IMG/VR virus record: IMGVR_UViG_3300030106_005509
Coordinates: 64,001 to 128,000 of that record
Direction: 5' to 3' (one strand)
Source of the DNA: a virus
Length of the DNA: 64,000 nt
Shown: in pieces, positions 29,457-37,965 of the stretch
Layout: every line of letters starts with the position of its first letter
Position numbering within the stretch: the stretch's first letter is position 1
Translations under genes and position numbers: made by a program
The notes under the pieces: generated by a model
Database searches by the model: none
What the model saw: the letters and a program-made list of their open reading frames with translations, nothing else
Told to the model about the DNA's origin: nothing

Positions 29457-30261
29457 TTGAAAGTTCTTCTAAGCTCCAAACAACAGAAATTTTACTACCA
29501 TCTTCACTCTGTATACCTTTTATTTTTTCAATAAGCGGCATCCCATAGTTTCCATTTAGATATTTATGCATCGTTGCCTGAGCTGCGTATGGAATATCAT
29601 CATCGGAAAATTTGACGTAAGCTACAGGGTCTAATTCGTCATTAGTTCTTTTATCAAGAAGTTCTACAATGTTAGTGACAGGCTTTTGGCCAGACTTTAG
29701 TACATAGTAATAGCCGTTTTTTATGTGTGAGAAGACAAGGTCAATGCTTCTGAGATTTTCAGCGTCTTTCTCGACTAACTTACTAAGTTTCCAGTCATGC
29801 TCGCTCTCCTCACCAAACACTTTTTGGCAGTTATCAACCATTGTAGTGTACTCCTCTTCTGAAGAGTCTGAAATGATGATATAACTGATTTTATCTTCGA
29901 CAAGTTTAATTTGTTCGATGGTCAAATTAAGATCATCTAGTGTTGAATTCTTGTCAAATAAAACCAAGAAGCCTAAAGGAGGAACGGTTTCTTCCCTCAT
30001 CTTATTTAAAAGGTTAGACTCTTGATCCTCTGATATATCTTTGGATTCTGCCCAATCTTTATCTCTGTAGTGGTTACACCAAGACTCTATAACGAAGAAC
30101 TCGTTTTCTTCCAAGTCTTCTGCTTCGATGATGTCAACGCCTTTTTCTCTGTATTTATCTAGCCTTCCTGTCTTGCAGCCCGTCTGTGTTTTTTCTTCGT
30201 ACTCAGCAAACACACATTCCTTACAAGAAGTGGTCAATTCATTCCCTAAATTGTCGTTCAC
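29443..30261 (-). CDS. Hypothetical protein with N-terminal Cys cluster (CKEC..C..C)
   Basis: 272 aa coupled ORF; the remainder is weakly GT-A-like. Confidence 0.5.
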   Translation of the reverse strand: MNDNLGNELTTSCKECVFAEYEEKTQTGCKTGRLDKYREKGVDIIEAEDLEENEFFVIESWCNHYRDKDWAESKDISEDQESNLLNKMREETVPPLGFLVLFDKNSTLDDLNLTIEQIKLVEDKISYIIISDSSEEEYTTMVDNCQKVFGEESEHDWKLSKLVEKDAENLRSIDLVFSHIKNGYYYVLKSGQKPVTNIVELLDKRTNDELDPVAYVKFSDDDIPYAAQATMHKYLNGNYGMPLIEKIKGIQSEDGSKISVVWSLEELSNGRT

Positions 30262-30767
30262 GGTCTTTCTCCCTCCACGATCATATTTATACCTTCGATT
30301 CTTTTCTTTGTGATTTTGACACCGTTTGCTTGGAGCAAGCCTATCAAATCTTCTATTTTTCTATGGCTAAGTTTAACACTCCAAGGCTTTTCAAAAGTTC
30401 CATGCACAACCTGATTGAAATCCTCAGTTGTTATCTTGCCGTTTTTAAATATTCTACAGACTTCTTCTATGTCTGTTCCCCCGATTGCTATTTTACCGCC
30501 ATGTCTTAGTCTAGACACCCAATGAGAGACTACCGTTTTAGATTCTTCAAACTGCAAGTAATCTAAAATATCAGCGGCGTAAATCTCTGTGCATTCATTT
30601 TCTTGTGATACTTCGGAAAGATTTCTTATATCAGCTTTAATAACATTTGTCTGATCTTCGTTTCCATTTTCGAGTATGACCTCCTCCCCCATTCTTTGTA
30701 GGGTAGGGTCTATATTAACAAAGCCAGATTTATATCCTGAGCCGCCAAGTGTTATATTTATCTTCAT
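30258..30767 (-). CDS. Small class I SAM methyltransferase-like protein
   Basis: INITLGG...GFVNID, ADIRNL, EIYA.DILDY, RL.HGG. Confidence 0.65.
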   Translation of the reverse strand: MKINITLGGSGYKSGFVNIDPTLQRMGEEVILENGNEDQTNVIKADIRNLSEVSQENECTEIYAADILDYLQFEESKTVVSHWVSRLRHGGKIAIGGTDIEEVCRIFKNGKITTEDFNQVVHGTFEKPWSVKLSHRKIEDLIGLLQANGVKITKKRIEGINMIVEGERP

Positions 30768-30768
30768 C

Positions 30769-31785
30769 TCAACCTCTATATGTCGTATTAGCTGCTTCTT
30801 TAAATATTTGATTCCAAGAGTCGATAAACTTTTTCTCGGAAAATTTTTGTTCTATTGTTTGCCGAGCTTTGAGACCCATCTCTTTTGCTAAGTCTTCGTC
30901 GTTCAGCAGATCTACCAAATGCTGTTTTAATTCATTGGGGTCATTACTAATAAATCCATTTACTCCATGATCTATAACCTCTGGTATCATACACGTTGCG
31001 GTACTAACTACGGCACATCCACAAGACATAGCTTCAAGAAGTGCTGTAGGGACTGGTGATATCGTAGAGGTATTAAGAAATATCCTAGAGTTTTGATAAC
31101 CAGCAACTAGCTCTTCTGTAGAAGAAGCAGGCTCAGAAAGTCCCGGAGTGTCACCTATAACCTTATATGGCAATCCTTGTATGACATCTCTCCATAGGTG
31201 AAATCCACAACACCAATCTCTATTTATCCAGTCATTTACTACAGACAGGATATTATTTTCCCTCTCTCCAGTTCCGTAAGAGAATTTTTCAGAATCAACT
31301 CCGTGCTTGATAACAACGGTATCTTTACCGTCTGGAAGCCATCTCCACTCTTTTATGCTATAGCCAGATATAAAAACGTTTTTGACACCTCTCATATTGT
31401 AAGTTCTTTGTAGTACATCTATTCCCCACTCAGGCATCGGAAGGGTATGTTCTAGGCTTACTAATGGAAGATGCAGTCTTCTGGCTAAAGACTCTGCTAG
31501 TTGAAATTGCCCAAATTTATTTTGTGAGAGGATGAGATCAAAGTCTAGGTTCAGCGGTATCTGTCTGTCTCCTAGATTTTTATCTAACAAGGTATAGTTT
31601 TCTGGTAGCTTTGCGTATGTGTGATTCCATTCTTTGATACCTTTAGCTCTGTACGCATAAAAATTGTGACCAGTTCTTGCCAGAAGAGTTTCATATCTCT
31701 CATGAGTGGGAAATGTTAGTATGTTTAGAGGCTCCACATATTTCCTAGTAGAGGCTCTAATTATGGAGGATACAGCGTTAGTCAT
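30769..31785 (-). CDS. GT4 glycosyltransferase
   Basis: HGVD, IFLNTS, PTALLEAMSCG..VVST, G.NGF. Confidence 0.85.
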   Translation of the reverse strand: MTNAVSSIIRASTRKYVEPLNILTFPTHERYETLLARTGHNFYAYRAKGIKEWNHTYAKLPENYTLLDKNLGDRQIPLNLDFDLILSQNKFGQFQLAESLARRLHLPLVSLEHTLPMPEWGIDVLQRTYNMRGVKNVFISGYSIKEWRWLPDGKDTVVIKHGVDSEKFSYGTGERENNILSVVNDWINRDWCCGFHLWRDVIQGLPYKVIGDTPGLSEPASSTEELVAGYQNSRIFLNTSTISPVPTALLEAMSCGCAVVSTATCMIPEVIDHGVNGFISNDPNELKQHLVDLLNDEDLAKEMGLKARQTIEQKFSEKKFIDSWNQIFKEAANTTYRG

Positions 31786-32902
31786 TCAAAATATCCTTTA
31801 TGAGCTTGCCTATGTTTTCATGGGAATATTCTTTTGCTCTTTTTATTCCCTCACTCTTCATTGATACGTACTCTTTGTCTCCAGCTTTATACATCTCAAA
31901 GACTTTTCTCATGGCTTTTCTTAATTGATTTACATCAATCGAATACCAATCCTCGTCGCTTGTAAACAGATCTTCAAAGGTGTTTGTCATCCCGTAGACA
32001 GGCTCCCATCTACCCTCAACAAGAATACCAGCATTTTGGATGTAATCAGCCATGCCTCCAGTATTTGAGCATATTGGCGTGTTTCCAAATCCCATTGCAT
32101 CAAAAGCGGGTATAGACCAAGCTTCTCCATAACTTGGCATTACTAAGCAATTACAACTTTTGTGCAAAGCATACAAGTCATCCTCGTAAAGATTGTCTGT
32201 AATTATTAAATCTTCTTTGTAGTCCTCTACACTTGCGTATTTTTTTATACCAGTCTTAACTTGGTCACAAACATCCTTAATTTCCACAGCGCATTGGTCG
32301 GGAGACATGGAGTATCTATTAGACTTTATCAGGATGGAGACAGGCTCATTCTTCCCAAATTCTGTATGGAAAGCTCTTATGAAAGCTTCCATGTTTTTTC
32401 TCTTATTCAACTCTCCGACAAAGTAAAATATAAAGTTGTCTTTGGAGTTTGGTATATCAACCTCTTCGTAGTCTCGCTCAAACTTAGAAAAGCTAGTTGC
32501 ATGAGGGACAACCTTTATTGGTATGTTGACACCGCTTTCTTTGGCCGCATCTACCATTTGGTTGTTGATTACCCAAGCCTCGTCCATCATGTTTATTTTT
32601 CTAGCCCAGTTAGAAGAGTTGAAATTACTGGTTTCGCTAGCGTAAAGAGCTATGTTCTTCTTAAAGTCTCCACTGTATTCCATAAGGTGTGGTAGAGTGT
32701 GCTGGATGCATATTTCTGCACCTCTACTATCTTTAGCTTCAAGATGCAGTAGTTTTTTAGGTATTGTTGGACTGTTTTCGTTGAGCTTTAGTGGTCTTGG
32801 AACAACATCAATGCCAGCACTATCCATAGCCAATATGTAGTCTATAGCGGCTTGCGCCCAGCCAGTTCCATCTCTGTAACAACCTATGTATAAGACTTTC
32901 AT
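31778..32902 (-). CDS. GT4 glycosyltransferase
   Basis: GTGWAQ, VVPH, FVGE...RKN, PSYGEAWSIP.FDAM..G. Start at the ATGA overlap. Confidence 0.85.
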   Translation of the reverse strand: MKVLYIGCYRDGTGWAQAAIDYILAMDSAGIDVVPRPLKLNENSPTIPKKLLHLEAKDSRGAEICIQHTLPHLMEYSGDFKKNIALYASETSNFNSSNWARKINMMDEAWVINNQMVDAAKESGVNIPIKVVPHATSFSKFERDYEEVDIPNSKDNFIFYFVGELNKRKNMEAFIRAFHTEFGKNEPVSILIKSNRYSMSPDQCAVEIKDVCDQVKTGIKKYASVEDYKEDLIITDNLYEDDLYALHKSCNCLVMPSYGEAWSIPAFDAMGFGNTPICSNTGGMADYIQNAGILVEGRWEPVYGMTNTFEDLFTSDEDWYSIDVNQLRKAMRKVFEMYKAGDKEYVSMKSEGIKRAKEYSHENIGKLIKDILND

Positions 32903-34536
32903 TCGATTCTTTCCTTGCGTTTTCTTTCCCAGTAGTTTCTTCTTTCGCATAAGTTAGCCGCAAGATTGTAGGCTATTTCTTTGTCAAAAGGCTGGTAATC
33001 GGGTTTTACAAACTTGAAAGAATCTTCATTTAGGTACATGTCTCCAGTACCTTCTATATACATTCCGTAATTGAGATCCCTAATCATTCTTGACTCAAAG
33101 TAAGTATTGAGCCTTTCGGGTTCTCCAAGGACACTAATTATTATCCATTGCACATAATCTTTGACGGAAAGATGCGCTGGAATATCCCTGTCTGGCGTAT
33201 GAAGTCTGGGTGGCGAAAGCCAAGTCTCCTCCTCTGATCTTATCTCTACAGAATCAAAGTAGTCTTCCCACTTTTTGGCTGTTTTGTCCCACTGGTAATA
33301 CTTTTCAAAATTAAGCCTACAATTTTTGGAAAGCATTTCTCTTTCGGCTTCTGAAAGGTTAAAAAAGTTTTCAAGTTCTTTAGCCGCCAAGTCATTATCG
33401 GGTACTGCTCTGTAGCATCCCGTTTCCATTTCTCTGTAAAGTGCTTTAGGCTTTAAGGGCGTGCCTCCTAGCTTTCTGACCACGCTGCTCATGGCTGAGT
33501 AATCTATGCTCATAACGGGGACTCCACACGCAGCAGCTTCTACCTGCGGTAAACCAAACCCTTCGCTGTTAGCATACTGGACATAAAGATCAAAACAGTT
33601 CATAACAGCGGCTAAGAACTCATAGCTAACTCCATTTTTTACACTGGAAAGAACAGCATTTTGCCCTCCGCACTTGGGACATTTTGTCTTGGCATCTGCG
33701 AAAAATGTTGGAAATGCGTGCTTGCAGTCACCGCAGACGTAAGTGAACAAAACCTTTGATGCTATACCGTTTTCATTAAGCAGTTTAGGTATATCCCATC
33801 CAATGTCAGGATAGCTAGTGTGGCAGTATAGATATACGTCCTTGTGACCACTATTCCTTAAATATTTACCAAACGCCTCAAATAAGTCAGGAAACAACTT
33901 CCTTCGCTGATTACGCATGATGGTTCCAATGATTTTACTGTTCCCATCAAACCCCATCATTTCTTTATGTTTGAGCTTATTTTCTGCGGGCTTGTAAGCT
34001 TCATTAGCAGACGGCGGAGCTGAACCCAGACATCTTATAGCTCCTCTGGACTCGGTTTCAAGAACCTCGTGACCCCAATCAGAATAGTTAAAAACACCGT
34101 CAGCATTAGCAAATGTTGAAAGCCATTGTTCATTTTGAGGAGCTGCGTCTACGGTTGGCATGATGACCCAGTGAAATAAATCTCTGTAAGGAGATCTTTG
34201 TTGGTAGTCAAGCATCCAGAAGTCTCGTATATCGAAAACGATATCTGGTTTGAAATCTAGTAATACTTGTTCAAATCTCCACTCACCAAATTGATTTGTA
34301 GGAATTGAATTGTATTCGTCTACCTGAGCCTTATCTGACTGGTCAGGCATATTCTGATAGAATTTCCAAGGAGTGCCAGCACTTATGGCGTCCTTTAAAA
34401 GTCCATAACTAGCAAATTCAGCTAATTCATATTTTTCAGTTTGGTAGAGTCTTCTAAGAACTTCTCTACCGTAGGTCGCATAACCCGTATTTAGATACGT
34501 AGCTTCACCACAAAAAAGTATTCTTTTTTTTCTCAT
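32899..34536 (-). CDS. GT4 glycosyltransferase with inserted zinc ribbon
   Basis: TGYATY, RNQRRK, CGDC...CPKC, EGFGLPQVEAAACGVP. Confidence 0.85.
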   Translation of the reverse strand: MRKKRILFCGEATYLNTGYATYGREVLRRLYQTEKYELAEFASYGLLKDAISAGTPWKFYQNMPDQSDKAQVDEYNSIPTNQFGEWRFEQVLLDFKPDIVFDIRDFWMLDYQQRSPYRDLFHWVIMPTVDAAPQNEQWLSTFANADGVFNYSDWGHEVLETESRGAIRCLGSAPPSANEAYKPAENKLKHKEMMGFDGNSKIIGTIMRNQRRKLFPDLFEAFGKYLRNSGHKDVYLYCHTSYPDIGWDIPKLLNENGIASKVLFTYVCGDCKHAFPTFFADAKTKCPKCGGQNAVLSSVKNGVSYEFLAAVMNCFDLYVQYANSEGFGLPQVEAAACGVPVMSIDYSAMSSVVRKLGGTPLKPKALYREMETGCYRAVPDNDLAAKELENFFNLSEAEREMLSKNCRLNFEKYYQWDKTAKKWEDYFDSVEIRSEEETWLSPPRLHTPDRDIPAHLSVKDYVQWIIISVLGEPERLNTYFESRMIRDLNYGMYIEGTGDMYLNEDSFKFVKPDYQPFDKEIAYNLAANLCERRNYWERKRKERIE

Positions 34537-35030
34537 AGATTGGCTTCTCTTATCCTGTCAAATATATCATCAAGTTTATTCGCTAGAACAGACTTGGTAC
34601 AACCTAGAAAGTCACATATCTCTTTAGATGTGTAGTTTTCTAATTTTAATTTAATTATAAACGTTTGTTCTTGAGTAAGCCCATCTGGAACATAGTCAAA
34701 AAAGCTCTCTTTTATATAGTACTTAACTTTTTCTGTTTTTGCTAACAAAGAGCTGTCAAATACAACATGACTTTTTTTATTCTTAGTCTTTAGTTTTAGT
34801 ATTTGATTTTTTACGCAAACGCTAGCATAAGTTGAAAATTTAGACTTTTCTTCATCATACGTTCTTATCGCTTTTAACAGGCCAATTAAACCAGCCTGTA
34901 TCATGTCGTCTAAACTATGTCCCTCAGAAAGAAAATAAAGAGCTTGACTAACAACTAGCCCATAGTTTTCTTGGACAAGATGCTCTTCAAGCTCTGTTAT
35001 ATCTATATCTGTTTGGTTTTTATTTTGCAT
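34533..35030 (-). CDS. Sigma-70-family RNA polymerase sigma factor (regions 2 and 4)
   Basis: DDMIQAGLIGLLKAIRTYD...KFSTYA, C-terminal HTH YTSKEIC. Confidence 0.85.
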   Translation of the reverse strand: MQNKNQTDIDITELEEHLVQENYGLVVSQALYFLSEGHSLDDMIQAGLIGLLKAIRTYDEEKSKFSTYASVCVKNQILKLKTKNKKSHVVFDSSLLAKTEKVKYYIKESFFDYVPDGLTQEQTFIIKLKLENYTSKEICDFLGCTKSVLANKLDDIFDRIREANL

Positions 35031-35427
35031 CTAATGTTTCAGACAGTTTATCACCTGAACTGGCATCATCTGAAACATTAGAATAGTCTGTATTAAAAAG
35101 TTTGAACTCTTTAACTCGAAATCTAGTCTTAAATTTTTTGTTCCCACTCTTGTCAGTCCAGCTGTTGTTTCTCGCTGAAGTTACTACGTCTACTATATCG
35201 CCCTTCTTGCAATACTTGCCCAAAGTAGAGGCTCCTGTATCCCAAGCTTCAAAGTCAAAATAGTTAACGCTTTTCTTTTTCTTATACTCACCGTCAGATA
35301 TCTTTTCTTTTCGATACTCAGTAACAGCTAAGGTAAACTTGCAAAGTTGCGTGTTTTCTACCTTAACAATTTCTGGATCTTGCGTAAGTCTTCCGATGAA
35401 TCTGCAATAGTTTGAAATAGTGTTCAT
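35020..35427 (-). CDS. ssb: Single-stranded DNA-binding protein
   Basis: IGRLTQDPE, FTLAV, FDFEAW, KKGD.V, SWTDKSG. Confidence 0.85.
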   Translation of the reverse strand: MNTISNYCRFIGRLTQDPEIVKVENTQLCKFTLAVTEYRKEKISDGEYKKKKSVNYFDFEAWDTGASTLGKYCKKGDIVDVVTSARNNSWTDKSGNKKFKTRFRVKEFKLFNTDYSNVSDDASSGDKLSETLDAK

Positions 35428-35455
35428 GGCGCTCCTCGTTAGGTCTTATATTAAT

Positions 35456-35484
35456 AATATACTTCTGTGGGTGTTTAATTGCAA
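35456..35484 (-). promoter_or_regulatory. Putative sigma-70-type promoter TTGCAA-N17-TATATT upstream of ssb
   Basis: Read on the minus strand in the 57-nt gap; followed by a GAGGAG RBS. Confidence 0.55.
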
Positions 35485-37059
35485 CTAAAGTTCGTACATT
35501 TCATCAACTATTATGCCAGCTCTATCGCCAGAGGAAGCTTTTCCAACTAAAAGTATATTATTTCCAATATATGTAATATTTTTGTGTTTTATCCAAGACT
35601 CGTTAAACATTGTTACGTTTTCTATAGAACCTGTACCATCTTCTACCTGCATGAACACCATCTCTTTTCCCGCAGCTTTTCCTTTTGTCGGTATGTACTT
35701 ATTATACTCAACTATGGTGGCAGCAATTTTTACAGTGCCGATCTTTCCATTGATAATGTCTTTGCAGGTTGTGTCCGACTTGCTTGTGTCGTAGGTATCA
35801 ATTTCGGAAAAGGTTAGTGGTGTGCCGTAGTAATTTGTTTCAGTCTGTATTATCCAGTTTGGATCGTCTTCAAGAGACATCGGTGGGTTTTCTAGCATGT
35901 CAACCAAAGACATGACCATCTCAAGCCTGTTTTTGTTTGCTACCCCACCGCCTTCTTTTTTAGGTCTTGCTAAGCTTCTTAGTAAAGGAATTAGACCTTC
36001 GTAGTCCTTGTAGTTTTCTTTAACCCATTCCTGCTCTTTTTTAGAAAGCTCTTGCACAGTAGTAAATTCATACTTCATCTTTTGTCTAGACACACCCATT
36101 ACAGACACTACACCAGACTCTATCATTGCCTGTATATATGTTTTGTTTACTTCTCCGCAAGTTTCTATCAAAAATTCATACCAAGACATCTCGTGTGCGT
36201 TTTCAGGTAGCTTGTCAACTATCGAATTGATAGCCCTCTCTCCCAGTGACTTGACATTAGTAAGTCCGAAGTAAATTTTGCCATCCTTTACTACAGTTTC
36301 CTTGTTCATATATTTTAACGAGGGAGGATGGACGTTGATGTCATTGGACTTTGCGTCAACCACAAGTTCCTTGACTTCTTTTTGAGGGTCAGGCTTCCCA
36401 CCTGAGTGTTTGAGATAGTTTGAGTAAAACTCCAGTGGGTAGTGGGACTTTGCGTAAGCGCTCCAATAGCTACATATTGCATAGCTTACAGAATGAGATT
36501 TGTTGAACGCATATCGACTTGACTTTTCAATCCAGCTAAATATTTCTTCAGCGGTCTCTTTGTCAACTATGTTTTGTTTTTCAGCACCTTCTATAAAGTC
36601 TTCTTTGACTTTTGCCATCAGGTCAGCTTTTTTCTTACCAATAGCCTTCCTAAGATTGTCTGCATCCTCTAGTGTGAATCCAGCCAGCTGCTGCGCTATC
36701 TGCATCGACTGCTCTTGGTAAACTAATACCCCTTGAGTCTTTTTAAGTATTGGTTCAAGAGATGGATGGATATATGTGACAGACTCTTTTTCATTTTTTC
36801 TGTCTACATAATGCTGTGTCATAGTTTTACCATCAACAACAGCTTTTAGACATCCGGGACGAATGATAGCTATAAGGTCAGAAAGCTCTTCTATATTATT
36901 AGGCTTTACTCTTTTTGCCCAACTTTTACCTAAGCTACTTTCTAGCTGGAATACGCCTTTCGTCCTACCGCTAGATATTAAATCCCAAGTATCTTGGTCG
37001 TCAAAGTGCAAATTCTCTGCATCAAAGGTGGATGTTTCCATCTGCATATGCTTTCTCAA
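35485..37059 (-). CDS. dnaE: DNA polymerase III alpha, C-terminal half (fingers, HhH, OB)
   Basis: GVFQLES, IRPG, VYQEQ.MQIA, AD.LRKAIGKK, YAFNKSH, FGL..VK.LG, OB fold. True start may be one of the downstream Mets. Confidence 0.9.
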   Translation of the reverse strand: MRKHMQMETSTFDAENLHFDDQDTWDLISSGRTKGVFQLESSLGKSWAKRVKPNNIEELSDLIAIIRPGCLKAVVDGKTMTQHYVDRKNEKESVTYIHPSLEPILKKTQGVLVYQEQSMQIAQQLAGFTLEDADNLRKAIGKKKADLMAKVKEDFIEGAEKQNIVDKETAEEIFSWIEKSSRYAFNKSHSVSYAICSYWSAYAKSHYPLEFYSNYLKHSGGKPDPQKEVKELVVDAKSNDINVHPPSLKYMNKETVVKDGKIYFGLTNVKSLGERAINSIVDKLPENAHEMSWYEFLIETCGEVNKTYIQAMIESGVVSVMGVSRQKMKYEFTTVQELSKKEQEWVKENYKDYEGLIPLLRSLARPKKEGGGVANKNRLEMVMSLVDMLENPPMSLEDDPNWIIQTETNYYGTPLTFSEIDTYDTSKSDTTCKDIINGKIGTVKIAATIVEYNKYIPTKGKAAGKEMVFMQVEDGTGSIENVTMFNESWIKHKNITYIGNNILLVGKASSGDRAGIIVDEMYEL

Positions 37060-37705
37060 AGTTTACATTAGGTGCAAATTTTCTGTGCATTTTCATAAAT
37101 GCTATCAATAGGTTGGCGGTGTCTTTGACATCCTGCAATGCGTCATGAGCATTAGTTTTGTCCATGCCTAAAAGGTCTCTCATAGAGTCCATACTCAGGG
37201 ACTTTATGTCAGGATTATTCTCCATCCACATCCATACGGTGTGCATGAGGTCTAGCTTGTGTATTGGGTTGAACAAGCCTTGCCTGCCAGTTTTGTTGTG
37301 TTTAGGGCCGTATTGCTCACACATCCGATCAACAATCGGCATGTCAAAACCAATAATATTGTATCCAGCAGCGAGTGGTGCATAGTAGTTAGTCTTCTTA
37401 AAGTTGTACTTGTTTACAAAGTCTGAAAACTTTTTCCATACAGTCTTGGGTAGAGGAGCTTTTGCTAAGTCTTCCCTATTTTTTCTAGTTATAGCTAACG
37501 CTTCATCTTCTAAAGGATCAAGCCCCATTTCAATCGCTTTGTCATCATCGAGTATCGGCCTTATTTCACTATTAAAATATCCACCGGGCTGTATGGTCAG
37601 CTTTCTCCCATGTATAGCTACAGCAGCTATCTGGGTAGGCTGTGTCTTGTATGGGTTTCTAGAACCCGTTTCAAAGTCAAATACAATTATGTCCCTATAA
37701 TTCAT
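37022..37705 (-). CDS. DEDDh 3'-5' exonuclease (DnaQ-like)
   Basis: FDFETG, GYNIIGFD, HDALQDV. Confidence 0.85.
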   Translation of the reverse strand: MNYRDIIVFDFETGSRNPYKTQPTQIAAVAIHGRKLTIQPGGYFNSEIRPILDDDKAIEMGLDPLEDEALAITRKNREDLAKAPLPKTVWKKFSDFVNKYNFKKTNYYAPLAAGYNIIGFDMPIVDRMCEQYGPKHNKTGRQGLFNPIHKLDLMHTVWMWMENNPDIKSLSMDSMRDLLGMDKTNAHDALQDVKDTANLLIAFMKMHRKFAPNVNFEKAYADGNIHL

Positions 37706-37965
37706 CTTATCTTCCTTCTTATTTTTATAAACTCGTCTAAAGCCTCATTAAAGTTTTCATAAATCTTGCTGAATGGAACTTTTTTGTTTCCAGACTTTAC
37801 GAGAGCTTTTGGATGAGTGCAGTGTACTTGGTACACATGTTTTTCATTATGTGTTTTGTAAAATTGTTGTATCGCTGATATCGAAAGAGATCTAAAGTCA
37901 TAGTACCCTTTGGAAGAAACGGCTATGCATACTCTCTGTCTAATCGTCTTGTTGTTCGAGGTCAT
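37702..37965 (-). CDS. Hypothetical basic protein
   Basis: 87 aa ORF coupled on both sides. Confidence 0.5.
   Translation of the reverse strand: MTSNNKTIRQRVCIAVSSKGYYDFRSLSISAIQQFYKTHNEKHVYQVHCTHPKALVKSGNKKVPFSKIYENFNEALDEFIKIRRKIR

Noticed and set aside
5865-34536. Bacterial O-antigen or capsule locus (cellular origin), or a eukaryotic giant virus
   Set aside because: No export or polymerase genes; continuous coupling to phage-type genes (dNMP kinase, split dnaE, homing endonuclease). SD sites, sigma factors and operon overlaps argue against an NCLDV.
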